Below, piece by piece: positions 39,455 to 51,069 of a stretch of DNA of 64,000 nt. Position numbers and translations under genes: made by a program. A model generated the notes under the pieces. That model saw only the letters and a list, made by a program, of their open reading frames with translations. It was not told the origin of the DNA and made no database searches. Position 1 is the stretch's first letter. The number at the start of each line of letters is the position of its first letter. Source of the stretch: Lama guanicoe (taxonomy: Eukaryota); NCBI GenBank assembly GCA_013239625.1, contig MU056050.1, positions 5,031,366 through 5,095,365 of the forward strand. Reading direction: 5' to 3'.

Positions 39455-40642
39455 TTTGTTTGAATTGCTCTGTTTGTCTCTATGAAAGTAAGTGAAACAG
39501 TTACCAATCACTGTCTTGAAGGCATGTCCTTGTGTGGAAACATCCCTGTATAGTCTGCACAGTAGCTTTTGTGGGAGAGCTGTATCTGAGGTGAGCATGG
39601 GCTGTACCTCCTCCTGGCTTGTGTTGCTGGCCATCACCTTAGTTGGGAATATGGCTAGAGCCAGAGGAGCTAGGGTGGGAGGCTAATGAGAGCTGGAGCT
39701 TCTCTCAGGCTCAGTGGTGATCACTGCCCTGTCATGGGGTAGGGCCAGGGCCCCAGGAGCTGGACCACCAGTCTGGATCCAGCTCAGCTTCTCCCTAGTA
39801 TGCTGGCAGTCGTCAGGTTGGCTGGGGGCAGTGCTAGAACCTGAGTGGCTGGAACAGAAGTCCTACAAGAGCCTGACCTCTCCCCAGCTTGATATCTGTC
39901 TTTGCCTTGGCCAGAAGTGGGGCTGTGGCCCTAAGAACGGGAGCAGGAGCCCAGTATGAACTTTGCCTTCTCTCAAGGTACAGTGGTAGAGCTGGAAAGG
40001 CTAGAGTCAGAACCTGATGTGGGATGGTGGGTAAGCTTGGACTGTCCTGGTGGGCTGGCCACAAAGCACCAGGCAGTTTTCAGTCTGCTACCTCTGTGCT
40101 AGGCCTGGGAGTAAGCAAGTCAATGAGGGCACTTGTCATGAGCGGAATCTCAATTTCTTAAGCCCCACTGGTTTTCAAACCAGCCAGGGGGGGCTCATCT
40201 TTCTTGTAGCAGAATCCAGGACTGGAGTGCCCAGTGTGAAGCTTGAACATCCTCACTTCTTAGGGCGGATCCCTGAGCCTGTGATTTCACCCTCCTCTTC
40301 TGAGTCTCACACCAGGGGTGTGGGTCCCAACTAGATCACTTCTTTTCCCCTCCTACCAGACTCCATGTGGTTCTTTCTTATAACCTTAGTTGTAGAAGGG
40401 CTGTTATGCTAGTTTTCATTGTGATTCTCAGAGAGAGTTGCTCTCTATGTAATTGTAATCTTGATGTGTTTGTCAGGGGGAGGTGAGCTTGGGCTCCTTC
40501 TACTCTGCCATCTTGATCCTGCCCTCTACTTTTGATTTTTTTTAAATTATTTTTATAAAATATTTAGGAAGACAAAAAAATAAAAATATTATCCATAATT
40601 CTAGAAAACTAACATAATTATTTGGTGCCTTAGAATCTTCTG

Positions 40643-40866
40643 CAGGAATATGGAAGTGGGAGAACAAAGTATAGTCTACCACCTGCTTTTGTAAATAGAG
40701 TTTCATTGGAACACCAACACAGTCATTTGCTTATGTATTATATATGGCTACTTTCACATCACAGTGGAAGAGTTAAGTAGTTTCCACAGAGACTGTATGG
40801 TCCACAGAAACCTAAAATATTTACTATCTGGCCCTTTTCATTAAAAAAAAAATTGCTGACACATTG
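40643..40866 (+). mobile_element. MER58A hAT-Charlie MITE
   Basis: cacctgcttttgtaaatagagtttcattggaacac..gagttaagtagtt..acagagactgtatgg..cctaaaatatttactatctggccctt. Confidence 0.85.
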
Positions 40867-40869
40867 AGT

Positions 40870-41356
40870 AGAATATATTACCACAGCAGTATATTTTACA
40901 TGGTTATAATCATCATTTATACGATTTTGTACACTTTTCTATTTAATACCATAGCAATGCATTTCCTTATTGCTATTTTTATGAGCATAATTTTTAATGA
41001 TTTTCTGGCATGTCACCTGTCAGATAAGACATTATTTAAAAGAACATTTTTTTTATCATTGAACATTTAGCTTCCAATTTTTCAGTATTAAAAATTCTTC
41101 TCAGAAGAATAACTTTAATGAATATTTTGGGCACATTTTGCATAATTCTCTTATGGTACATTTCAAGAAATTGAGCTAGAGGGTCAAATGATATGAATAT
41201 TTTATAGTTTTCATAGAAATTATCACATGGATGCCTAAAAGATTTGTACCAATTGACAATGGCAGCAATAATCCATGGTGGTACTGAATTCATTTGACAA
41301 TGCCAGAAAAGGTTATGGGGACAGTATTATCTATACATATAAATACATATTTAAAA

Positions 41357-41395
<39 letters not shown>

Positions 41396-42130
41396 AATTT
41401 TGTATCTCACTTCTTTNNNNNNNNNNNNNNNNNNNNNNNNNNNNNNNNNNNNNNNNNNNNNNNNNNNNNNNNNNNNNNNNNNNNNNNNNNNNNNNNNNNN
41501 NNNNNNNNNNNNNNNNNNNNNNNNNNNNNNNNNNNNNNNNNNNNNNNNNNNNNNNNNNNNNNNNNNNNNNNNNNNNNNNNNNNNNNNNNNNNNNNNNNNN
41601 NNNNNNNNNNNNNNNNNNNNNNNNNNNNNNNNNNNNNNNNNNNNNNNNNNNNNNNNNNNNNNNNNNNNNNNNNNNNNNNNNNNNNNNNNNNNNNNNNNNN
41701 NNNNNNNNNNNNNNNNNNNNNNNNNNNNNNNNNNNNNNNNNNNNNNNNNNNNNNNNNNNNNNNNNNNNNNNNNNNNNNNNNNNNNNNNNNNNNNNNNNNN
41801 NNNNNNNNNNNNNNNNNNNNNNNNNNNNNNNNNNNNNNNNNNNNNNNNNNNNNNNNNNNNNNNNNNNNNNNNNNNNNNNNNNNNNNATATATATATATAT
41901 ATATAACATAAATTTTGTACCTCACTTCTTTATAATCGGTATTTCTTTGATTACTGCTCAGGTTGCATATTTTTCCTTCCTTTTTAAACTTTGTATAGTA
42001 TCTGATCTCATTTTTTGCTCATATTCTTGGGGTCTTCAAGTTATTTGTGTTATCAATTCTGTGATTTTTTAAATGTCGTATATCAATTTATCTGACATTC
42101 TTGCTTTAATATTTTAAAATTACTTAATTC
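40870..42130 (-). mobile_element. L1ME-type 3' fragment spanning the assembly gap
   Basis: ttgaacatttagcttccaatttttcagtatt; aaattgagctagagggtcaaatgatatgaatatttt; atttctttgattactgctcaggttgcatatttttc. Confidence 0.55.
41417..41886. other. Assembly gap, 470 N, with (TA)n tracts on both sides
   Basis: Read directly. Confidence 0.99.
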
Positions 42131-42199
42131 GCTATATTTGGCCAAATACTTTAAACCAATGTTACCTGTCTTCCATCTTCTATTCTCCTGAAGTGCTGA

Positions 42200-43068
42200 A
42201 GAAATTTTCATTAGTTGTCTGCTTTTAAAATATTTATCTTTTCTCATTCATTTATGACATTTGACCCTGACAACCCTTATGATCATATTAAAACTCTCTT
42301 TCTTATTTATGCATTTTTTTCCTCCTAGTCCTTCTATACTGGGACTGTTTGTTTCCTTTGCTGAATTTGTCTTCCATATTTCAAACACTAATGGTCTTAA
42401 GATTCCATCTAACCATTCTTAACAATTACTAAATTTTTCTGGGCATTCTCATTCTCTCAAAAGTATTTTTTCTCTTATACTTTCACATCTTTATTACTCA
42501 TCTTCCTCCCGTTCTTCAGTCATACATTTTCAATTTCTTACTGAACAGCTACGGATCGTTGTCTGGTAGGCTCTTCCAACAAATTAATTAACTCTTCACT
42601 CTCCTGAAGGTAGTTCCACTTCCTGCTATGCATACCTTGGTTTTAATGATACTATCATTGAGTTATTTTATATAGTTACAAATCTTGGAGTTGTCCTTTA
42701 TACTTAACTCTTTCTAACACTCCGTACTCAATAATTTGCCAAGTATTGTCAATTCTAACTCCTAAACATCTTATTCTATTGAACCATCTCCACTTCCACG
42801 GATTAGGCCTTCAACACCTCTTTCAGTTGTTTCTTAACTGTTTTCTCACATTTAAAGTCTTCTTCCCTCTTGTTGAATGCTACCTGGTTCTATAGATTCT
42901 CCCCTTTTAGAGTACTACTCCCACTGTATTATAATAAATTATTTACATGTTTGAATTCTCCATTGTATTAAGCTCCGAACAGTGTCATATTAAATCCCAG
43001 TATTTTAAATCCCAGTTTCTAGAATAAAGCAAGTGTCTACATTGGCAGTTCAATAAATATTTGTGTAT
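42200..43068 (+). mobile_element. L2 LINE fragment
   Basis: aaatcttggagttgtccttt..ccaagtattgtcaattctaactcctaaacatc; 3' end gttcaataaatatttgtg. Confidence 0.7.
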
Positions 43069-43314
43069 AGGCATTCATGTGTTATGAAAATAAGACTATT
43101 TGTTTACCAAGGCATTTATTCTTCACTTTAATTATGAAAAGGACAAAAGGGATGTCTATTAAAGATGCTTTAAATGTCAGCATGCAGGTTTAGATGCATC
43201 TTCTTGCCATCCCTGTAAGTCTAACACACAAGCAACAATATGCAAATAATCTTAATAGATCCACACCTAAATAGTTTCTTTAACACTAGATAAGTAAATT
43301 GCTATATGTATTAG

Positions 43315-43665
43315 AATATTTGTTTAGCTTTTTAAACAGATCCAATAACAGAGGCTTAAGACAGACAGAAGATTTAGTTCTCTTACACGTAGGTGGAGGA
43401 GCTTTGTCCCCGAGTACAAGCAGGAATCACTTTCTTCTATGTTGTTACTACTCTGTCAACCCACAAGACAAGCCACTGCCTTTGTCTAAATGGCTTGACC
43501 AATCACTACATCCAGAAGAAGGTGGGATGGAGGAATGTATAGGAAGCACCTTCCTTTTAGGTATATGACCTGAAAGTTGTACATACCACTTCTTTCATTC
43601 AATCTGCCATTGTTTAGTCATGTGACTAAATCTACAGGCGTGGAATGCTAAGGAATGTAGTAACC
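43315..43665 (-). mobile_element. Old MaLR solo LTR (MLT1J/K-like)
   Basis: aataacagaggcttaagacagacagaagatttagttctctt; gaaagttgtacataccacttct; ttagtcatgtgactaaatcta..tgctaaggaatgtagt. Confidence 0.6.
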
Positions 43666-44384
43666 TGATAACCATAAGTTTGAGCCAAATAACTTTCTAA
43701 TCAATACTGCTTTATTAGGCAAATATTCAAAATAGTTAAAATTAATTCATCATTTTCCTAACATATTATTATGTTCTTATGGTGGTTCATCAGATTCTTC
43801 TTGAATCTAGGTATCATTGGTTTTGGCCAAAGAGAAAATGGTAAAGCCAGTATAGAATACATGTGGAATGTTGAAAACAGGTTCAGTCATCAAAATCCAT
43901 CCTACCTAAAATTAAAAAGCCATGATTTTATTGCATATATGGAGAAGTTAATGAACATTACCACCTGTGCCTTTGCTCATTTAATTTATTATGGAATGGT
44001 ATACTTCCATAATCTAAAACAGTGTAATAGAAAACTGCAAAACAACTCACAAATGCATGGTCTGCTCATTGAACTTTGACTGATTTTTCTCCAAAATAGT
44101 GTCAGTGTATGTCTGTGTGTGTGTGCGTGTGTGTTTACAATTCCTGTGATTGTTGCATATGTTTCGATGAAAGGATATATGAGAGATTACTGTGATTCAA
44201 AATGAATATTTTAATATACATTTAAAGCTAGTTTCCAGGTTAAGCATCCTTTGGTCCTAAAGTGAGGCATCCAAAAAAGAAATGTCTTTGGAAGAGTATC
44301 CATCTATAATGGAGTCTAAGTCTCTTTGAATCTTTAGTTCTGATAATTTTTAGAAATTTATTTGGTGGTAGAAATATGTGTGTC

Positions 44385-44520
44385 AGTCTATTCAACAATA
44401 AAGCAAATATTTTTATTGTATATTTTCTGTATGCACATCATTCAACAGTAGCATTATGCTAAATATTGGAGATAAAATGTTTAAAAACAAAGAATAGTTT
44501 CTGCCCTCATGTAGTTTAAT
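44385..44520 (-). mobile_element. L2 3' end fragment
   Basis: attcaacaa..gcattatgctaaatattggagataaaatg..tagtttctgccctcatgtagtt. Confidence 0.55.
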
Positions 44521-47500
44521 AACAAGTCATAATTACCTTGGCAGTCTTTTGTCTTGAATATGTTTTAAAAATCTCTGGGAATAGCCCAGAGTATTTAAGG
44601 GTAAATATTTTTACCACGTAATTTAATTATCTCTCTCTAATCTGGAAGTAAGTCTGGGATACCAACAAATAAGGAAAAAGTTAGTTGACTCAAAAAACTA
44701 GTTTATTGGAATGTTTAAATTCACTTAATCTTCTGATGTGAATTTTAAAGATAGAAACATCTTAATGATGCCAAAATTTCTTAATCTTTTACCCCCTTTG
44801 CCTTGATATGAAAACAAAATCATGGTCCAAAAAAGAATGAACAATGACCATTCCTAGAAAGAATTTTCCACTCAGTAAGAATTGAATTTAGTGTTCTTTT
44901 TGCATTTTATCACAAGTAAACACAAGTCCTAAAAAATGATAACCATATTTCTTAGTCTACTTTTACTTATTTAAATGAAGTCTGTTCTAGAGGTCAGAAA
45001 TAATATGGGGGATGTCAATAATTATATATAAAAATAATCCCCAGCAAAAGGGCTGAAATTAGTCCTTTATGGCATTAAGTCTGTGCTTAATCATGTCTAC
45101 CCAACTAGAAAGAAATGTATTAAGGTAAGACAAAAGTGTGCTTGAACATGGTGCCAGAAATAAATAATGATAGGATGACATAAATTAGGACTTTATTTTT
45201 TATTATCATGTCATGACTATAGCTTTGTAACAGCTGCAGAGACACTACAGAAGACAAAGTCCAAGAGGCAAAGAGACAAGTAAGAGTTCACTTTACATGC
45301 TTATTAGTATCTTATTGGTTAACATCAGGCAAATACAATTAAAACAAGAAAAATTTACTAGGGGAGAATTTTGTGAAGAAGATGAAATCCCAAGCGAATT
45401 TAAAAACAGGAGAATCTGGGGCACTCAAAACATCTTGTTATAGCAGCCATTTCTAACGAAAAAGCACTTCAGGGTTATGTAAAACAGTTTTTCAAGTTTC
45501 TCCTAGACATGAAAGGATCGACGACTGTAACTAGGACATCCTCTCCATAATGAGGCAATACTGAAAGGTATTATTTCTACCGTCTTTAAAAAACTCTTTT
45601 GCCACTCCATCATTTCTCCCCAGATGAAAATGGTCAAACATAAATGCAGTGTCAAATTAAAAAAAAAAAAAAGGAAACTGCTCAAGTGCTGTACTGTACC
45701 TGCCAGAAATGATTACTAAAGACTCATTCCCATAAACCATCTCTGATTACAGTATTCATCTGGAAAGAACCTCCATCGCACTCAGTTCTAAGAGGAAAAT
45801 ATAAACCACTCCTTTATCAGCAACGCTAGTATGGGCTGGAGTGCTGCCTTTTAAACGCAAATTAAGCCAGACCTAATTGGATTCTTCCAATAGCACAAGT
45901 TTGGAGCTTGTCAGCATCAGTATTCACTACTTTGGCAATGTAAAATCACAATAAAAAGGGACAACTGTAAAATGTACCATTCTTTGCATTTGACCAGAGG
46001 TTAAGTTGGATAGTTTTTAATAAGGATGATCTCAATTCAGGTGTTGGAAAGCATTTTCATTAAGAATATTCTTTTCAAAATAGCCACATATGAGAGTATA
46101 TTTAGTATTTCACTTTTTTAAGGAAAATTTCACTAAACTTTTCTAACTTGACAGCACATTTCAGAGAGAATATATTTCATACAAAATGGAAGGTCAACGG
46201 CTTGACTCTACTCGTGCATTCATTTGTGGAAGGCTAAATTATACACAGTAAATTGGCATTATGAAGTCACCCAGTAATTGGAAATTCATAATCACTTGAT
46301 TATACTTAGTTAAAGTTTGTCTTTTTTCTCTATTTAAAAAATAAATATTTCTATTTTCAGTAAAATCAAGTATACACAAGGAAAGGGGTTTTCCATATTT
46401 AAGAGCAAAGACCACAAACCTACTGTCAAACTAGCATTTATAGACAAATATTACTTGGGCTAATGAAAATGAATTCCTAGTATATAATAAGTGAATTTAT
46501 TTTTTAAAAGCAGATAGTGATATATAATCAGGACTTGAAGAATATATAAAACCATAATAACCTTATTTTTTGACAGATAAAGGAAAGGATATTTCAGGGC
46601 ACTAGGATTTAGATGGAAGACTTCTCATATGACAATCCTTTTCTGACTATACCACTTCCTAACGTTCTTTAGGCAAACACTACCAAATAATAAGAGTTTG
46701 CACTTTTGATTAAAAAAAAACTATTTTACATCCCTGGAGTAGGGGCAGGAATGCATATCAACTATTCTTGGGAGGATAAATTGTACTGCTGAGCTGAAGG
46801 AGAGATTTTATGTAAGGAATATATATGCTGAAACAGGTCAAGTTATGGAAATCTATGAAAGGCAGGTTGAAGCATTTGTATTGTTAATTTGTAGCACTTT
46901 AGTTCTCTACCTTTTTTCTTTAGCAACATTTAATGGATGGCATTAGGGTGAACAATGCATTCTCAATGAGCGTACCCAGAGATACATTTCCCAGAGCAGG
47001 AGCTCTAGCTCCACCCATCTTCTCCTTCACATAAGAAAGTGTTTCTGATCAGTGAGAATGTTTTTATAGGAATAATTGTAAATCTAGTCAAATGTATTAT
47101 ATAAATCATTTTTAAATTGTGCTCTCATATTAGTATCTCATAATCAGTCTCATAATTACTTGTGACACATCTCATGACTGACCATAGTGTAAGAAGAGCC
47201 AAAGTCATTTTGATGTTTTGTGGGGAAAGAAATCATATGCAAACCGCTGTGTGTATGCATTTCTTGAGCCTAGTAGTGTGGAAGCAGCAGATCAATTAAG
47301 TACCATCTCCAGGATTTCAGACTTGATGTGCTTTGGGACCATCCAGACTAAGATGAAATGGTAAACATGAAAAAAGATGGGACATTAAGAATATGAATTA
47401 TAAGGAAAAATCAATAGGTTTTATTTTTATTTCTTTTATTGCCATTGCAAATAAAGAATGAGGATGCATTGTGTTGATGTTTGTGGAGTAATATTTTAAA

Positions 47501-47569
47501 GTTTAACAATGGGGTTTACATTCAGATTGATTTTGGCATCAATCTGGCCCAGAGAAATAATATTCTTTA

Positions 47570-47650
47570 GTTATGATAAACCATATGAAATTGCTGATAT
47601 TTGATATTTTGACCTAGAAAAATAGTAATTTCACATAGTTCAATCTAATA
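47570..47650. mobile_element. MADE2 (Tc1/mariner MITE, ~80-bp imperfect palindrome)
   Basis: aaccatatgaaattgctgatattt..ttttgacctagaaaaatagtaatttcacatagttcaatctaata matches recalled MADE2 consensus. Confidence 0.8.
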
Positions 47651-48954
47651 TAATCCTTGTTTCTGTGGCAGAGGCAGACTTGTTTCTGGGATAAAGTACA
47701 GGCTTTAATCATGTAAAGTATGAGCAAACAGTGGGATGGCACTCTTTGGAAGACAACTGAATAAAGTAAAGTAAACAGAAGATCTGAAATGTAAAAAATT
47801 ATCTCCCTTGGATATACAAAAGGTTTGGAATTCTCAAGGAAAAATGATCAAAAAAAATATAACAAAAGCAACATTAAATATCAAACCATATTTATAGCTA
47901 CATGATGCCAAACAATAAATAAAAATTGAACATCTCATCATGTTGATATTTTCAAGTACCATATAGATGAAATATCCAGATAAATAAATGCACATTTGTT
48001 TTTCTTCTAGATGTTGAGATATAATCTAAGATGGGATTTCAAAGAGTAAAAACCAATTCCATATAATCATACTAAATAAACGACATCCTCTTTTTATATT
48101 TTCTTCTTATATAAAGAAAAAGAATACATCAAGGTTAATGTAGAATTCAGAAGACAGATTTTAAAACAAATTATGGTAAATAGCCTTCCTTTATGCTTAA
48201 ATGCTATGTAGACAGCTGGTCTATATATAGACTTGGTAAAGGGAGCAGAGTGGCAGCTTATAGGCATGTATTGCTTTGCCATTAACAGTAATGGTAATAA
48301 TGATTAGTTGTTAGCTAATAATTATGATTAGTGTTCTAATAATTTTTGAATACAGTTTCAATGTTTAAAAATTGAGAGAGTAACTACAAGTTTAGATTTC
48401 TAGCCTCTCTTGAAAATTTCAAAAATCGAGCACTGACTTCACATTTCCAGATGTCAGCAATCAGCCGGAAGTGAAGAGCAGATACTCCCTTTAGATGAGG
48501 CAAGCACGCTAATTTTCTAAACACCCTTCCCAGCTCATTTCGCTCCATTATGTTCTTGTTCCTTGTAAGCATTTGAGTGTGTGATCCCTGACATAGTGTT
48601 TGAGGACCAAATATAGATGATTGGGACAGATTAGGGCAAAAGGATGAATTTTAAATCAATGAAAATTCTCTTATCCCACATTTTCTTCCTCAGCCCTGTG
48701 GAAATGTATGTATGTTTCAAAATGAATGATGCTAAAAGCATGTGATTAAGATACAATTTGCATTTAAACATTTTAACAGGATTCCACTCATCTGTGGAAT
48801 GATTATTCTGGTATTCTGAGGTCCTTTTCTAGAGCTTCTCGGATAATATGGTATAGATACCCACTTGAGCTTATGTGGATAATGATGAGTTCCTTCATAG
48901 AGAACTTTGAAGCAGTATTTAACAAGGAAAGATGTTACAGCTGCTGGAGATTTT

Positions 48955-49023
48955 GAAAAGAAAAGAAAAGGGAAGGGAAGGGGAACAAAGGAAAGAAGGA
49001 AGAAAGAGAGAAAGAAAGAAAGA
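48955..49023. repeat. GA-rich low-complexity polypurine tract
   Basis: Read directly. Confidence 0.85.
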
Positions 49024-50859
49024 GCTATATGACTCATTCATCTCTATCAGGGCCAGACATCCTGTGTGGTTAGAGCCAAAATGTTTTCTGTTAATAGAGA
49101 CTTCTGGAAGGAAGGGTATAATAAAGAATTTTTGGTTTCAGACCTATTCAATTTTTTTCTATAATATTTAAGGATTTTGAGTTAAGTTATAACCTTTCAC
49201 TACACCTTAGGCCATGAAATGTGAAGTAAAAGTCTTTGCTGTAACAGTGAGGTTGAGACAATGAAGTAACATTACTTAAGTTAATTGACCTTTAGCTTCT
49301 TCGAGATTGAAAGAAATAGGGAGATTTGGGTTCTAAAACAGGATAAAGCCAATTTGGAGAAAATAGGCCAGGGCAAGCAACTGTAGCAGTTTGGGAAACA
49401 GTTATCACATGGCCATAGATGAATTGCCTAGAAGCCCAGAGAATATATTAAAAATAAGAAGTGAAATCAACCACAAGAAGAATGTAAACATCCCCTGGGA
49501 ATGCTCAGTAGTTCTTAAGGAAGGAGTTAGACTTCCTGCAGTAAGTCGGGACAGACTCTTTCATAGTAAGTTAGTTGAATTTCAGAGGACGGCCTCAAAT
49601 GGCCACAGAATTTGTGGACACCTGGTGTCATTGTTTCATTATATTTCAATGACTGTTTTCCATGATTAAGGCCAGATACTGTTTCTTATTCATCTTTGTA
49701 TCGCCATCCGTATGTCTGGCATGCATTGAAGACCTCAGTAAATTTCGTAAATGGATATATGCTGCACATATCTGGAGGTGAAGATGTGGTTAACTGGGAA
49801 TAGCTCTGATTGAGAACAAATTAATTTGTCAAACATGACTTCATTCCCCAACCACGCAATCACAAATGAATCCTCCCCCCAAATTCTGGATTGTTGGTTT
49901 CAGTGTCCCAACCCATATCAGAAGAGCTGAGATCCACAAGCTTGGGGACTTGCACAGAAGAGAGTCATTAAAAACCAACCAAACAGACAAGCAAACAAAA
50001 AACAGTTACACTCATGGTCACAAGATGAGGAAATCCTCTGCCAGCACTGGGCCTTTAGTTCCCTGACTTAACTCTTCTTCATTTTGAATAAAGTATATTA
50101 ATATAAGGATTTATTTCTCTATTATGTCACAAAATAATTGAACTACCTCTGTGTAATGTCCTTTTTCTTGTTTCATTTTTACGTATTTATTTCCTGAAAT
50201 ATTTCTTTTGAAAGCATTTTTATTTGTTGGGAGATTATTTCCTGAAAGTTTTTTGTTTCAGGGTAATGTTAAGCCAGTCTTGACTGGGATTGGATAGAGA
50301 GGAATTCATGAGAGAGTGAGGTGTGATTCCAAGATGCCTTTTGCCTTTAATCTTCCAGTTTAGTAAAACAGTATAAAAATCTTCCTGGCTCAGAGCTCAG
50401 AAGAGGCCTACCAGGCTCACATTGCCCTGTGCAGTCTGGTATTTGTTCTTCCACTTATCTATTAGAATGACTTTTCTCAGCCGAGTAGGCAAGCGGCTTT
50501 AGACACAGTATAATCAAAACAGGTTCCAATGTTAGTCATTTTAATCTTTGCTTTTTTTTCAAAGTTGTGCCAAAGGGAATGGAGTAGGGCACAGAGGGCA
50601 GTGAAAATAGTCTGCCACAGCTGCAGCCAATAAGAGGAGGCTCTACTTAAAGAGAATTTAAAAACAATCAAACAGACAAAAAGTCGGTCTGCTTTTATTA
50701 CCACCGTATGTCAGCAATTTTAAACATTGTCAGTGATAAAATACTCCTCCTGTCATGGTTGACTGCTCTCATGGTCCCTTCCACCTTGGTACGTCACTGC
50801 TTTTTTTCCCTTATTTTTCTTCCTTTCTAATTAATTAACAAGGAGCTTATAATCATAAA

Positions 50860-51031
50860 GACAAAACCCCAACTACTCTGCTGCACGCTAACTATGTGAC
50901 CTTGGGCAACTCATTTAACATTTCTGTGGGTATATTGATAGCACCCACTTCATAGATATGTGTGAGAAATTAATGAGTTGATTTTTTATAGTGCTTATAA
51001 ACAATGGCTGGTGCATAATAAGCTCTTAGCA

Positions 51032-51068
<37 letters not shown>
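50860..51068 (+). mobile_element. MIR SINE whose tail has expanded to (ATT)12 at 51033-51068
   Basis: ctatgtgaccttgggcaactcatttaac..acttcatagat..aattaatgagttgat..tggctggtgcataataagctct. Confidence 0.75.

Positions 51069-51069
<1 letters not shown>

Larger units (their letters stand above)
33985..40527 (-). mobile_element. Near full-length (~6.5 kb) decayed LINE-1 with 5' UTR, ORF1, ORF2 and 3' UTR
   Basis: 5' end on minus gggcaggatcaagatggcagagtag; GC-richer 5' UTR 39500-40525; colinear ORF1/ORF2 remnants; T-rich tail at left; flanking ctttttgatttt (from 33972) / cttttgatttt (from 40529) is a candidate TSD. Confidence 0.92.

Noticed and set aside
39500..40525. GC-richer block as a host promoter or CpG island (also 61400-62350)
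   Set aside because: CpG-poor and positioned as L1 5' UTRs
41294..41925. Longest ORFs in the track (168-205 aa)
   Set aside because: Artefacts of translating through 470 Ns
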